From: Bdellovibrionales bacterium
GTDB taxonomy: Bacteria > Bdellovibrionota > Bdellovibrionia > Bdellovibrionales > JAEYZS01
Length of the DNA stretch: 43,052 nt
Assembly (NCBI GenBank): GCA_031374125.1
Contig: JANMFM010000253.1
Coordinates: forward strand, 1-43,052
Reading direction: 5' to 3'
Shown: piece by piece, positions 19,131-28,401 of the stretch
How positions within the stretch are numbered: position 1 is the stretch's first letter
Layout: each line of letters starts with the position of its first letter
Translations under genes and position numbers: made by a program
The notes under the pieces: model-generated
The model's database searches: none
Told to the model about the DNA's origin: nothing
Seen by the model: the letters and a program-made list of their open reading frames with translations, nothing else

Positions 19131-19157
19131 ACAATGTCTTTAATGACAGGAGGTCAT

Positions 19158-20444
19158 ATGAGTGTTCTTTCATCAATGCTGACAGGTGTGTCAGGTTTAA
19201 CAGCGCAAGGTGAGGCGTTAGGTGTTATCGGAGATAACATTGCCAATTCACAAACAACAGGTTTCAAATATTCAAGAGCTGAGTTCCAAGACATCGTGTC
19301 GAAGAACTTAAAAGGTATTCTTGGTGGTAACCAAATCGGTCGAGGTGTGAAGATCGGTGCCGTGAATCCAATCATGATTCAAGGTAATATTGATCAAACA
19401 GAAAAGGCTACGGATTTAGCAATTTCTGGAGACGGTTACTTTACTCTTAGAGGTGGCGACGGGGAAACATTCACTAGAGATGGTTCTTTCCACTTCGACA
19501 AAGATGGTTTCTTGGTAACAAATGACGATAGAAAAGTGCAGGGTTATCAGACCGATGCAAAAGGAAAATTGATCAATCAAATTGGTGATATCAGATTCCC
19601 GAAAGCTCTTGTTCCAGCAAAGCCAACAAAAGAATTAATGGTTCACTTGAACTTAGATTCTAGAGAAGTAGCCGGTAAAACATTCGATATCAAAGATCCA
19701 CATGCAACTTCAAACTATTCAACTGGTGTAGAAGTTTATGATTCTCAAGGAACTAAGCACTTAGTAACAGTTTTCTTCAACAAAACTGCTGATAGAAATT
19801 GGGAATATCGTGGTTTAGTGGATGGTAAAGAAGTAACCGGTGGTAAAGAAGGCGAGATGTCAGAAGTTATCAAAGGTAAAATCTCGTTCAATGTAGATGG
19901 TATCTTGGATACAGAAGAAACATCTTCTCAAGGATTCAACTTCACAGGTGGAGCTTTACAAGGTCAGCAAATCAAATTGGATTTTGGCGATTCATTAACA
20001 ACAGACAAAGGCAAAGGATTAATCGGCTCTAAGCAATACGGTAAAGAATCAGATTTAATCACTTGGAAACAAGATGGAGCTGCAGCAGGCACAATCAATA
20101 ACCTATCATTCAATGATGATGGTGTTTTAACGGCTCTATACAGTAACGGGCAAGCAGAAGATTTAGCACAAGTTGTGATTTCAAGATTTGAAAACTCTGA
20201 AGGTTTATACAAACTTGGTAACAACAGATTTAAGCAATCCAGAAACTCTGGTGAAGCCTCAATCGGTAAACCAGGTTCCAATGGTAGAGGAACTTTACAG
20301 GCGAAATCTCTCGAGAAATCAACTGTGGATTTGGCTCTTGAATTCGTAAAACTAATTCAAAACCAAAGAGCGTTCCAGGCCAACGCAAAGACGATTACAA
20401 CAACTGACGAATTGTTAGCAGAAGTAATCAACTTAAAGAGATAA
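19158..20444 (+). CDS. flgE: Flagellar hook protein FlgE
   Basis: GDNIANSQTTGFK, DLAISGDGYF, TRDGSF, SLEKSTVDL, QRAFQANAK. AGGAGG precedes ATG 19158. Confidence 0.95.
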   Translation: MSVLSSMLTGVSGLTAQGEALGVIGDNIANSQTTGFKYSRAEFQDIVSKNLKGILGGNQIGRGVKIGAVNPIMIQGNIDQTEKATDLAISGDGYFTLRGGDGETFTRDGSFHFDKDGFLVTNDDRKVQGYQTDAKGKLINQIGDIRFPKALVPAKPTKELMVHLNLDSREVAGKTFDIKDPHATSNYSTGVEVYDSQGTKHLVTVFFNKTADRNWEYRGLVDGKEVTGGKEGEMSEVIKGKISFNVDGILDTEETSSQGFNFTGGALQGQQIKLDFGDSLTTDKGKGLIGSKQYGKESDLITWKQDGAAAGTINNLSFNDDGVLTALYSNGQAEDLAQVVISRFENSEGLYKLGNNRFKQSRNSGEASIGKPGSNGRGTLQAKSLEKSTVDLALEFVKLIQNQRAFQANAKTITTTDELLAEVINLKR

Positions 20445-20476
20445 TTGAATTTTTAATCATCACTCATGACCTTGCT

Positions 20477-20514
20477 CAGAGATAAAGCCGACACAACTTT
20501 ATCTCTGGCATTTT
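20477..20514 (+). terminator. Candidate intrinsic terminator after flgE
   Basis: CAGAGATAAAG-N9-CTTTATCTCTG 11-bp stem followed by GCATTTT (short U tract). Confidence 0.5.
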
Positions 20515-20548
20515 CGTGGATCTATTTGGCCAGCGGGCGGAGCATTGA

Positions 20549-21019
20549 ATGAAAGCTTTAGTATTTTTATTGGCATTATTATTTTTATCACCTTCGATTT
20601 TAGCGGAAACATCTAAACCGGAATTGAGTTTAGATAAAGTCGTATCTGAAATGAACAAAGAAAAAGAAAACAAAGTAAAAAATTTTGTGTCCGTGGCAGA
20701 AGAAAAAAAAGATGTCGATGTCGTAAAGGTATTGAAGGCCGACAAGAATTATACTTTTATAAATACAATAATTTACGGTGAGCATATCCTCACTTATTGC
20801 ATCAAAAACAAGATGTGGAAATCCGCAGAAGAGCTGATAAAAGGTGGAAGCAATCTTAATCACAAGGATAGTGATGGAAAAGTAGCTCTTATGTATGCAG
20901 CGGAAGCAAAGAACAAATATTTAGCCACGATGATAGTTGCTTCCAAGGCAGACAAAAAAATCAAAGACAATGCTGGAGTCACAGCCGAAGAATACCTTAA
21001 AAGAAATGGCTTGAACTAG
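20549..21019 (+). CDS. Exported ankyrin-repeat protein
   Basis: Signal peptide; LIKGGSNLNHKDSDGKVALMYAA and ADKKIKDNAGVTA ankyrin motifs. Confidence 0.8.
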   Translation: MKALVFLLALLFLSPSILAETSKPELSLDKVVSEMNKEKENKVKNFVSVAEEKKDVDVVKVLKADKNYTFINTIIYGEHILTYCIKNKMWKSAEELIKGGSNLNHKDSDGKVALMYAAEAKNKYLATMIVASKADKKIKDNAGVTAEEYLKRNGLN

Positions 21020-21040
21020 ATGAACTGAATTAGAGGGTTT

Positions 21041-21571
21041 ATGAAAATCGGTTTAATAGCACTGACCTTGTTACTAGCAAATTCAGCTTTAGCGGGCAGT
21101 TGTGAAAGTGCGGGGATTTCCTACGGAAAAGATCCAGAATGGTCATTCACGCATGCTTCTTACACTAACGTGCGAAAGATATCTGAAGCTCAAAAAGGTG
21201 GATGTAACTTCAATGCAAAAGCAAAATGCGTGAATATGAAAACTCGTGTTTCCGCTTTGAGCTGTGCGATCATTTTACTTGATGGTGAATACGAAACAGA
21301 CTACGCACTCACTGCGCTTTTAATAAAAAACAAAGCGAGCAGTGATGAATTGAATTTGTGTCAGTACAAACATAAAGTAGTAGAAGGAATGTTCTTCGCC
21401 ACTAGAGCGATGAGTGATAGTGATTCTAAAGATAAAAATCTAAAACAACTATCAGATAAACTGTATTTACTAAGTTCTGAGACAGGCTATAATGAAAGAT
21501 GTTTGTATGCTTCAAAAGATTCTAAAAACCCTGGATCGCAAGGATCACTAGGGGTAGAAGCTAATAAATGA
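21041..21571 (+). CDS. Exported Cys-containing hypothetical protein
   Basis: MKIGLIALTLLLANSALA signal peptide, RBS AGAGGG, six Cys; no family recognised. Confidence 0.7.
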   Translation: MKIGLIALTLLLANSALAGSCESAGISYGKDPEWSFTHASYTNVRKISEAQKGGCNFNAKAKCVNMKTRVSALSCAIILLDGEYETDYALTALLIKNKASSDELNLCQYKHKVVEGMFFATRAMSDSDSKDKNLKQLSDKLYLLSSETGYNERCLYASKDSKNPGSQGSLGVEANK

Positions 21572-21648
21572 AACCGATCTAGATGAAAAATTCTTCGCAT
21601 AGAAAAAGACGATGTCAAAATTTTTGATTCTTAAAAGAGTGAATTCAG

Positions 21649-22842
21649 TTAATTGCATTGAATAGATAATTTTTGGCCATTGATATTGAATGTGTAGCCT
21701 TGAGTATTTCTAATGCCTTGAGAAAGAGGAATTCTCGCGTACTGAAGATCGACAATCAATCTAAAGTACTGATCCCCTCTCATTGTGACAATTTGCGCAG
21801 GAACATGGGTAGCCAGCTTACAGTTCATTGTTCCTGGAAGAAAATAGGATTGAAAATCTTTTGGCTGTAGTTCAGGGACCTTCACATCTTCAGCCTGAGT
21901 CACGGCGAGATATTCAGAGAAGCTCAGCACGAACTCACCATCTGCACGGTGGAGTTGCGCTGAAAAGGAATTATAAGCCTTAGTGAGTTCCGAGGCTAGA
22001 TAATCCTTTACGGTAGCCGGTGAACAGTCTACTTTCCCTTTAATGTATGGGGTATCTAAACAAGTCATGGTCGTTGCAGCAATTACTGTTTGAAATTGTT
22101 GATCGCTCTCAATGGAGTAACTTTTTAAAACATCAATGTAAGACCGATCATTAAAATTTTTAAGTTTCATTTTAGAGAAAATTTCTAGAGCATCGGAGGG
22201 CAATCCTCCTTGTAGAATAGCTACGGCCTCATTATTCGTATTGAAAATGAGGCTTCCGGAATCACCATCTTCAAAATGACAATCTGCAAGCGAAATGGTT
22301 TTGGGTTTGGAGGTAAAAAAACTACCTGCGGCAATAGAATTTTGCTTTGCTTTGCAAGCTACTTTTTTTAATTGCGAAGAGTTATCAGAAAAATTTAATT
22401 TTGATTTATAGAAATAATAGGATTCCTCATTTTTAAATGAGGATCTCTTAAAATTAATAGGTGGGGTATCGATTGGTTTTTTAAGTTTAATGATTGCCAC
22501 ATCTGGCTTATTTAAATCATTTTTATCGTACGCTGTGAATACGATTTCTTTACATTCAGCGACGGTATTGCCAAATTTAAAATAAACTTCCCCTTCACAA
22601 TTTTTTGATTCTAAATATCTTTCAACACAGTGAGAGTTTGTCATTACCGTGTTGGCATCAACCACGGAGGCCTGGCAGAACTCATCACCGAAAATTCCTG
22701 TAGAAAGAACGGTACCTAATCCTGCAGGACAAGAGCTATCCAGACAAATCACTTTATGAGCAAAAGCATTTTCTAAAACTCTATTGGATTGAGCTGCGGA
22801 AGCTGAAGACCAAAATACTAGAATTGAAAAAACAATTTTCAT
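21649..22842 (-). CDS. Exported trypsin-like (S1) serine protease
   Basis: Triad motifs TNSHC, PDVAI, GDSGS; signal peptide. Confidence 0.85.
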   Translation of the reverse strand: MKIVFSILVFWSSASAAQSNRVLENAFAHKVICLDSSCPAGLGTVLSTGIFGDEFCQASVVDANTVMTNSHCVERYLESKNCEGEVYFKFGNTVAECKEIVFTAYDKNDLNKPDVAIIKLKKPIDTPPINFKRSSFKNEESYYFYKSKLNFSDNSSQLKKVACKAKQNSIAAGSFFTSKPKTISLADCHFEDGDSGSLIFNTNNEAVAILQGGLPSDALEIFSKMKLKNFNDRSYIDVLKSYSIESDQQFQTVIAATTMTCLDTPYIKGKVDCSPATVKDYLASELTKAYNSFSAQLHRADGEFVLSFSEYLAVTQAEDVKVPELQPKDFQSYFLPGTMNCKLATHVPAQIVTMRGDQYFRLIVDLQYARIPLSQGIRNTQGYTFNINGQKLSIQCN

Positions 22843-22865
22843 GAATATCTATTCCTTCTCACGCA

Positions 22866-24047
22866 TTAAAACTTCATTGCATTTTGGATAGCTTTGATTC
22901 TTGATTCAAGGCCTGGGTAATTTCTAAAAGATTCTTTGTCTTGGGGGTCAATTTCTTGGTAAGCCACTTTGTGAATTTTAATAAGAGCAGAAATTAGTGG
23001 TTTTGCTGAATAGCCAGCTCTATTTAAAATTTTTGCGCCATTCACATCTGCGGTCAACTCAACATTAGGCATATTGTCAGCCACTTGATGCATGATCATT
23101 TCACCAGTGCCGTTATTCAGAGTTTCTTGAAAGTAAGGAAGAGTTTGATCCGTCATTAGCCAGTGAAGTTCTTCATTACCAAGTTTTACAAAATGAATTA
23201 TAGCAGCCTTAGCTAGATAGCCAAATGTTTTTATGCTATCTCCATTAACTCCATGACCCATTTCATGAGCAATCGCCGCCCTCAGTTCATTATCGTCTAA
23301 CAGTTCATAAAGTGGTTGATGAACGAATATACTACATACGGTATTGAAGCTGTTCATAATTTCCGAGGGAATTGCATAAATTTTAAAGCAATTTGCCATC
23401 TCTTTATCTAGGGAGGCACCACGGATATCATTCAACAATCTGTTGAGCCTAGCTTGTGGAGCTTTTGGTGCCACAACTTTACCGGTTCTAAATGCGCTAG
23501 TTTCAACTAACATCTGCGTAGCAATTTCATAGATTGGATTTAATTTTACTTTTTCATCAACGACAGATTTTTGTTGAGAATCCCAAAAGGCAAATAAAAG
23601 TTTTTCCTGAGCTATTTTGAGAGGAGTCGGAGCGTAGCTCAAATCATCAAAAAGATTTGGATTCTTCGCATACCAATATTCAGTTGTAGTCTTATATACA
23701 GATCTAACATGAGGAGTAGCTTGGCGATACGATTCCCAAAAATTTGCATTGGCTTGGCGTCCAATTTTTTTATCAAATATTTTATAACCTTTTATCATTT
23801 CAGGACGAATCGTATTGGTGAAGTAATCCAGCATGATCAATCCACCCTCTTTTGCTTGTTCCGTTAAAACCTTAGTTTGCGCCGCCAAAGCTTTGCAAAA
23901 CTCAGGGTCCAAATCTAGTGGACATGCTTTAAGAGCATCAGAATCAAAGGATCTCTCTTGGAGATTTGAAGACTCATTGCTGCCAGCATAAACCTGGCAA
24001 GTTAATGAAAAAGCCATAAGGAATAGGAAATATTTATTTTGCCCCAC
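22866..24047 (-). CDS. Exported M48-family zinc metallopeptidase
   Basis: DDNELRAAIAHEMGH (HExxH), ELTADxxG, YPGLESRI; signal peptide. Confidence 0.85.
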   Translation of the reverse strand: MGQNKYFLFLMAFSLTCQVYAGSNESSNLQERSFDSDALKACPLDLDPEFCKALAAQTKVLTEQAKEGGLIMLDYFTNTIRPEMIKGYKIFDKKIGRQANANFWESYRQATPHVRSVYKTTTEYWYAKNPNLFDDLSYAPTPLKIAQEKLLFAFWDSQQKSVVDEKVKLNPIYEIATQMLVETSAFRTGKVVAPKAPQARLNRLLNDIRGASLDKEMANCFKIYAIPSEIMNSFNTVCSIFVHQPLYELLDDNELRAAIAHEMGHGVNGDSIKTFGYLAKAAIIHFVKLGNEELHWLMTDQTLPYFQETLNNGTGEMIMHQVADNMPNVELTADVNGAKILNRAGYSAKPLISALIKIHKVAYQEIDPQDKESFRNYPGLESRIKAIQNAMKF

Positions 24048-24294
24048 GAATTACCTCTATCTTTCCCCAGCCCCAATGAAATGGGAGAATGAAGGATCAT
24101 GAGATATTTAGCCAATCAATATTAGTTATTTTAGTCATAAGGTTTTATGAAAGCCTGAAAGCTCAGAAAATCGTTTTAAACCAAGACTAAAAAACGAGAG
24201 TCTTTAAAATTTTACAGATCCTGAAATTACTTCACGGAAAATTATGGGCAAGAAAGATCGGTGAGCCACTGCCATAGAAAATTAAAAAAATTTC

Positions 24295-25275
24295 TTAGAT
24301 CGAAAGGATTTGAGTTAGCTGCATCAACTCTAGTCTTATGGATTTTTGCTTTGTAATTACTTCAGCGAGTGGCAATGTCACGATCTGATCATTCTGTATG
24401 CCGATCATAACATCCGTATGACCATGGAGTAGGCCGTCCACTGCGGAGGCCCCAAGGCGACTTGCTAAAATTCTATCTTGGGCGGTGGGACTTCCGCCTC
24501 TTTGTAGATGCCCGAGGATACAAACCTTAGATTCATAACCAGATTTTTTTCTGATGGCCTCTGCAAGATCATAGGCTCGGCCTGGTTTTTGTCCTTCGGC
24601 AGTCACAAGAATACTGCTCAGTTTTCCTCTTTGAACGGATTTATTGATGTGATCGATAACATTGTCGATATTGAGTGGGCTCTCAGGAATAAATATTTCC
24701 TCTGCGCCTCCTGCTAGGCCCACGTTGAGCGCAATAGATCCAGAGTCTCTGCCCATCACCTCGACAACAAAAAGTCTATCATGGCTAAATGCCGTGTCTC
24801 TGATCTTATCTATGGCATCGAGGGCCGTGTTGAGTGCGGTATCAAACCCGATGGAGTAATCTGTTCCGTAAATATCATTATCAATTGTGCCAGGAACACC
24901 TACGATAGGAAATTGAAACTCTTCAGAGAGCGCATGGGCGCCCTTGAAGGTTCCATCTCCTCCGATACAAACTAAAGCATCGATTCCTTGGTTCTTTAAA
25001 TTTTCATGAGCTTTTTTTCTGAATTCAGATTTAAGAAATTCTTTGGATCTTCCTGTTTTTAAAATAGTTCCACCGCGCTGAAGAATATTTCCCACAGATT
25101 TTGCGGTCATCACTTCAAAGTTGCCATTGATAAGGCCGTTGTAACCTTGAATAATCCCTGTCACTTGAAGATTTCTATATAAACCAGTTCGAACAACTGC
25201 ACGAATAGCGGCATTCATTCCAGGAGCATCTCCTCCGGAAGTTAAAACGCCAATATGTTTGATATCTTTAGACAT
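24295..25275 (-). CDS. pfkA: ATP-dependent 6-phosphofructokinase
   Basis: LTSGGDAPGMNAAIR, GGDGT, PGTIDND, VEVMGR, LGHLQRGG. Confidence 0.97.
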   Translation of the reverse strand: MSKDIKHIGVLTSGGDAPGMNAAIRAVVRTGLYRNLQVTGIIQGYNGLINGNFEVMTAKSVGNILQRGGTILKTGRSKEFLKSEFRKKAHENLKNQGIDALVCIGGDGTFKGAHALSEEFQFPIVGVPGTIDNDIYGTDYSIGFDTALNTALDAIDKIRDTAFSHDRLFVVEVMGRDSGSIALNVGLAGGAEEIFIPESPLNIDNVIDHINKSVQRGKLSSILVTAEGQKPGRAYDLAEAIRKKSGYESKVCILGHLQRGGSPTAQDRILASRLGASAVDGLLHGHTDVMIGIQNDQIVTLPLAEVITKQKSIRLELMQLTQILSI

Positions 25276-25320
25276 TGGCTCAGTTTAAACAGGCTATTGA
25301 TAGGCTACAAGGCTATTTTT

Positions 25321-25358
25321 CAATTTGGACTTTACATGTCCAAATTGCATGCTAATAT
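25321..25358 (+). promoter_or_regulatory. Palindromic operator overlapping a putative promoter of the AAA ATPase gene
   Basis: CAATTTGGAC-N7-GTCCAAATTG (25321-25347); TTTACA-N16-TAATAT with a TG extension; ATG follows 6 nt after the -10 element. Confidence 0.55.
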
Positions 25359-25364
25359 GGACAA

Positions 25365-26513
25365 ATGATAGCCAGATTGATAGCACCTAAAATTGAGCAG
25401 AGTCCTAAAAGCGTTCTTTTGCTAGGCCCAAGGCAAGTTGGTAAGTCTACTTTAATTCAAAGTTTAAACCCAGACTTAGAGATCAACTTAGGTAATGAAG
25501 AAACTTTTTTAGCCTTCAAGAGTAACCCTAGCGAGATTATTCAAAGAATAGAGGGGCAATCAAAATTAAACACAGTTTTTATAGACGAGATTCAACTACA
25601 TCCACCGCTACTGAATACGATACAAACAATTCTAGACTCTAAAGAATATAAAAATAAAATCAAATTTTATCTTAGTGGATCAAGTGCGAGAAAGCTAAAG
25701 AGGGGCCAGGCGAATTTACTACCTGGTAGAATATTTGCATATCATCTAGGTCCATTGTGTATGGCAGAACTTAATTATGATGTGAATATGAATAAAGCGC
25801 TCAAATTTGGCTTTTTACCAGAAGCTCATTTATCTTCAGAAAACGATTTTTCAGAAAAATTATTATCTACTTATTCTGGTGTATATTTAAAGGAAGAAAT
25901 TCAGTCCGAATCTTTGACTCGAAACCTTGAAGGATTTTCTAGATTTTTAATTTCAGCTGCAGAAATGGCAGGACTTCCACTCGATTATTCAAAATTAGCA
26001 AAACAGGCAAAAATAGAAAGAAAACTGTGTTCTCGATTTTTCGAGATTCTAGAAGATACATTGGTTGCAACAAAGCTAGAAGTTTTTGATAAAACATCTG
26101 CAGATATAAAGAAACGCCCCAAATTTTATTTTTTTGATGTGGGTGTTTTGAATGGCCTGCTGCAAAACTTTGTTGTTTCTAACGATAGGAAAGGACTGCT
26201 ATTTGAGCATCTAGTGGCTAATCAAATAGAGACTTCGGCTAAAGCCAAGGACTTACCAATTAAACTTTCCTATTTTAGAACTAGAGGGGGCTTTGAAGTT
26301 GATTTTATTTTAGAAATAAAAAACAAAACTTATGCTATCGAAGTTAAGTCAGGAAGCATTACGAGTTCTGACGCTAAAAATATATTAAAAATCAAAGAGC
26401 ATACTAATAAAATTAATGATTTTTATATTATTGGTTTAAAAACAGAAAGTAAGAGCATATCTGGAGTTAAAATTCGAGAGCTATCTCAATTTTTAAAAGA
26501 AATAGGTCTTTAA
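25365..26513 (+). CDS. AAA_14 superfamily ATPase with DUF4143 (nuclease-like) C-terminus
   Basis: GPRQVGKST, FIDEIQ, SGSS, LPGR, PKFYFFDVG, YFRT-x3-EVDFI...AIEVK. Confidence 0.88.
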   Translation: MIARLIAPKIEQSPKSVLLLGPRQVGKSTLIQSLNPDLEINLGNEETFLAFKSNPSEIIQRIEGQSKLNTVFIDEIQLHPPLLNTIQTILDSKEYKNKIKFYLSGSSARKLKRGQANLLPGRIFAYHLGPLCMAELNYDVNMNKALKFGFLPEAHLSSENDFSEKLLSTYSGVYLKEEIQSESLTRNLEGFSRFLISAAEMAGLPLDYSKLAKQAKIERKLCSRFFEILEDTLVATKLEVFDKTSADIKKRPKFYFFDVGVLNGLLQNFVVSNDRKGLLFEHLVANQIETSAKAKDLPIKLSYFRTRGGFEVDFILEIKNKTYAIEVKSGSITSSDAKNILKIKEHTNKINDFYIIGLKTESKSISGVKIRELSQFLKEIGL

Positions 26514-26529
26514 TTACTTAAAGAGGTTT

Positions 26530-26802
26530 TTACTTAACTTGATTTTTAAAGTCAGAACCTGGCTTAAATTTAGGAGTCCAAGTCGCAGGAATTTGGATTT
26601 CTTTTCCTGTGTTTGGGTTGCGGCCAGTGCGAGCTTTTCTTTTTGCTTTTGAGAATGTACCAAAACCAACAAGTTTTACTTCTTCACCTTTTTTAACGGA
26701 TTTCGTGATGGTATCAACAACAGAATCAAGCACCGATTCAATATGTGCTTTGGTCATAGAGGTTTGTTTTGCAACCTTTTCTACTAGTTCTGCTTTATTC
26801 AT
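26530..26802 (-). CDS. hup: DNA-binding protein HU
   Basis: MNKAEL, GFGTF, RKARTGRNPNTG, PKFKPG. Confidence 0.93.
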   Translation of the reverse strand: MNKAELVEKVAKQTSMTKAHIESVLDSVVDTITKSVKKGEEVKLVGFGTFSKAKRKARTGRNPNTGKEIQIPATWTPKFKPGSDFKNQVK

Positions 26803-27042
26803 TGATTTTCCCCCTTGAAAATTATGTCAAAAAATTACGTCGTCGAAGTGATTATTGTAGCTCTCGAAGTGTTGGTCATTGAAATCCATGCTGTAAAAAT
26901 CGTCAATGACTAAATTTAGAATTTTATAAAAAGCGCGTTAAGATGTTTTAATGAGAATCTACGGATTGATACCACAAATAAAATGAGTGGCATTTTGGGT
27001 AATTATTTTTTTTGCTCTTGACAGTATATTTTTGGTCACAGG

Positions 27043-27240
27043 TTATTCTTGATCTTCTTCGGAGTTTTTTTCTTCGCGATCTTCGATATCGTCGTTCTCA
27101 GTTTTGTCTAAGGGAATTGCATATTTTCCATCGGCCCAATCGGCGATATCAATGACTTTGCAACGAGCAGAGCAAAACGGACGAAACTCGTTGCCATGAT
27201 ATTCAACGAGTTTTCTACATTTAGGACATGGTACTTGCAT
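27043..27240 (-). CDS. yacG: DNA gyrase inhibitor YacG
   Basis: CPKC...RPFCSARCKVIDIADWA and an acidic tail. Confidence 0.9.
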   Translation of the reverse strand: MQVPCPKCRKLVEYHGNEFRPFCSARCKVIDIADWADGKYAIPLDKTENDDIEDREEKNSEEDQE

Positions 27241-27280
27241 AGGGATTATTTAAAACGACTTGGAAGGAATGTCTACTTTT

Positions 27281-27901
27281 TTAGTAGTCATATCCTTTGT
27301 CCATTGTTCCGTTAGCAATTGTTTTCCAAGATGAATTGTCTTTGAAGTTCAAAGTGTAATACGTTGAATTTCCACTTAAACCTTGGTGTAAAACTAATTC
27401 TGCGATGATGTATCTCGTTGGGTTGCTATAATACACTTGAAAAATCACCTGGTTGCTACCATCATAAGTAAACTTAGTTCCATTCAATCTTACGGTCTGT
27501 GCGACTTGTCCGATGGTTTGTCTATACCCTAAGCTAGTTGAAGTTAAGTAAACATAATACTCAGTATCGTTGATTTTTTGAACTTTAGCTTGGATATCAC
27601 GGCAACCGTATGGATAGCTCCATACACATAAAGAGTAACTGTCCTGAACAAATATTCTAAGGTTAAAATCTCTAAATTTACTTTCGTCAGTGATGTTTCC
27701 GTTTGGATTATAAACGTATCCACCTGGAGGTACATTGCCATTGCCTGGATTTAAAGGATCCCAAGTACAAACACCGTTTACAACTTGGCCTTGGCAGGCT
27801 GCAGGAGCACCGTTCTTTTCTTTGTCAGAGCAGGCCACTAAAGTTAGTCCAATGGTTGTCCAGACTAAAGCCATAACAAAATATACTCTTAGCGCTTTCA
27901 T
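27281..27901 (-). CDS. Putative lipoprotein
   Basis: MKALRVYFVMALVWTTIGLTLVA-C lipobox; RBS AAGGAG. Confidence 0.75.
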   Translation of the reverse strand: MKALRVYFVMALVWTTIGLTLVACSDKEKNGAPAACQGQVVNGVCTWDPLNPGNGNVPPGGYVYNPNGNITDESKFRDFNLRIFVQDSYSLCVWSYPYGCRDIQAKVQKINDTEYYVYLTSTSLGYRQTIGQVAQTVRLNGTKFTYDGSNQVIFQVYYSNPTRYIIAELVLHQGLSGNSTYYTLNFKDNSSWKTIANGTMDKGYDY

Positions 27902-27932
27902 AGCGTTTTCTCCTTATACACATCCTATTGTA

Positions 27933-27949
27933 TTACAGGATTCGTGCCA
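27933..27949 (-). promoter_or_regulatory. Possible sigma54 promoter of the lipoprotein gene
   Basis: Minus strand TGGCACGAATCCTGTAA: perfect -24 element, but the -12 element is GT instead of GC at the correct spacing. Confidence 0.45.
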
Positions 27950-28136
27950 TACGAGGGGCGGTTATATTTCAGCTAATAACTATTTTTAGCTAGCTGCCAA
28001 AAAACGTCCACCACCTGTACAAAAAGGCGCCAGCCTTAAGCCTATAATGTTTAGAAATCTTAATACTCTCTCAAAACTCTTGAGAGAGTAGATTTTCCGA
28101 GGGAAAATGATGTAGGGAAATCCAGAAGGGTAAAAT

Positions 28137-28259
28137 ATGAAAAAAATATTAATGAAGAATAAGACCACGAGAGAATTAAGGCGTGAGACTCGCAAGATTA
28201 TCGGCCTGACATCTATTCTATTATTGATCGTTATTTTTGGAATGACGGCACTCGGTTAA
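28137..28259 (+). CDS. Candidate 40-aa small membrane protein
   Basis: MKKILMKNKTTRELRRETRKIIGLTSILLLIVIFGMTALG: basic N-terminus and C-terminal TM; weak RBS. Not in the ORF track. Confidence 0.4.
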   Translation: MKKILMKNKTTRELRRETRKIIGLTSILLLIVIFGMTALG

Positions 28260-28264
28260 GCTGA

Positions 28265-28333
28265 TTAGTAAGAAATCACGGCATTTAGAATGAAAATCAA
28301 AAACATCATCAGTGAAACATATCTGTAAAGCAT
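28265..28333 (-). CDS. Candidate 22-aa hydrophobic peptide
   Basis: MLYRYVSLMMFLIFILNAVISY; RBS AGGAG (28343-28347); sigma28-like promoter just upstream. Confidence 0.55.
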   Translation of the reverse strand: MLYRYVSLMMFLIFILNAVISY

Positions 28334-28359
28334 AACTGTAAACTCCTGCCTATAAATAC

Positions 28360-28386
28360 CCATCGGCAGTTTGCATAGAGGCTTTA
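28360..28386 (-). promoter_or_regulatory. Sigma28 (FliA)-type promoter
   Basis: Minus strand TAAA-N15-GCCGATGG versus the consensus TAAA-N15-GCCGATAA. Confidence 0.65.
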
Positions 28387-28401
28387 GTCTTTTAATAAAA
28401 A

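Noticed and set aside
27986-28195. 69-aa minus-strand ORF
   Set aside because: TTG start without an RBS, only 2 nt downstream of a GCCGATAA element, and overlapping a more protein-like plus-strand ORF. Not supported, though not excluded.
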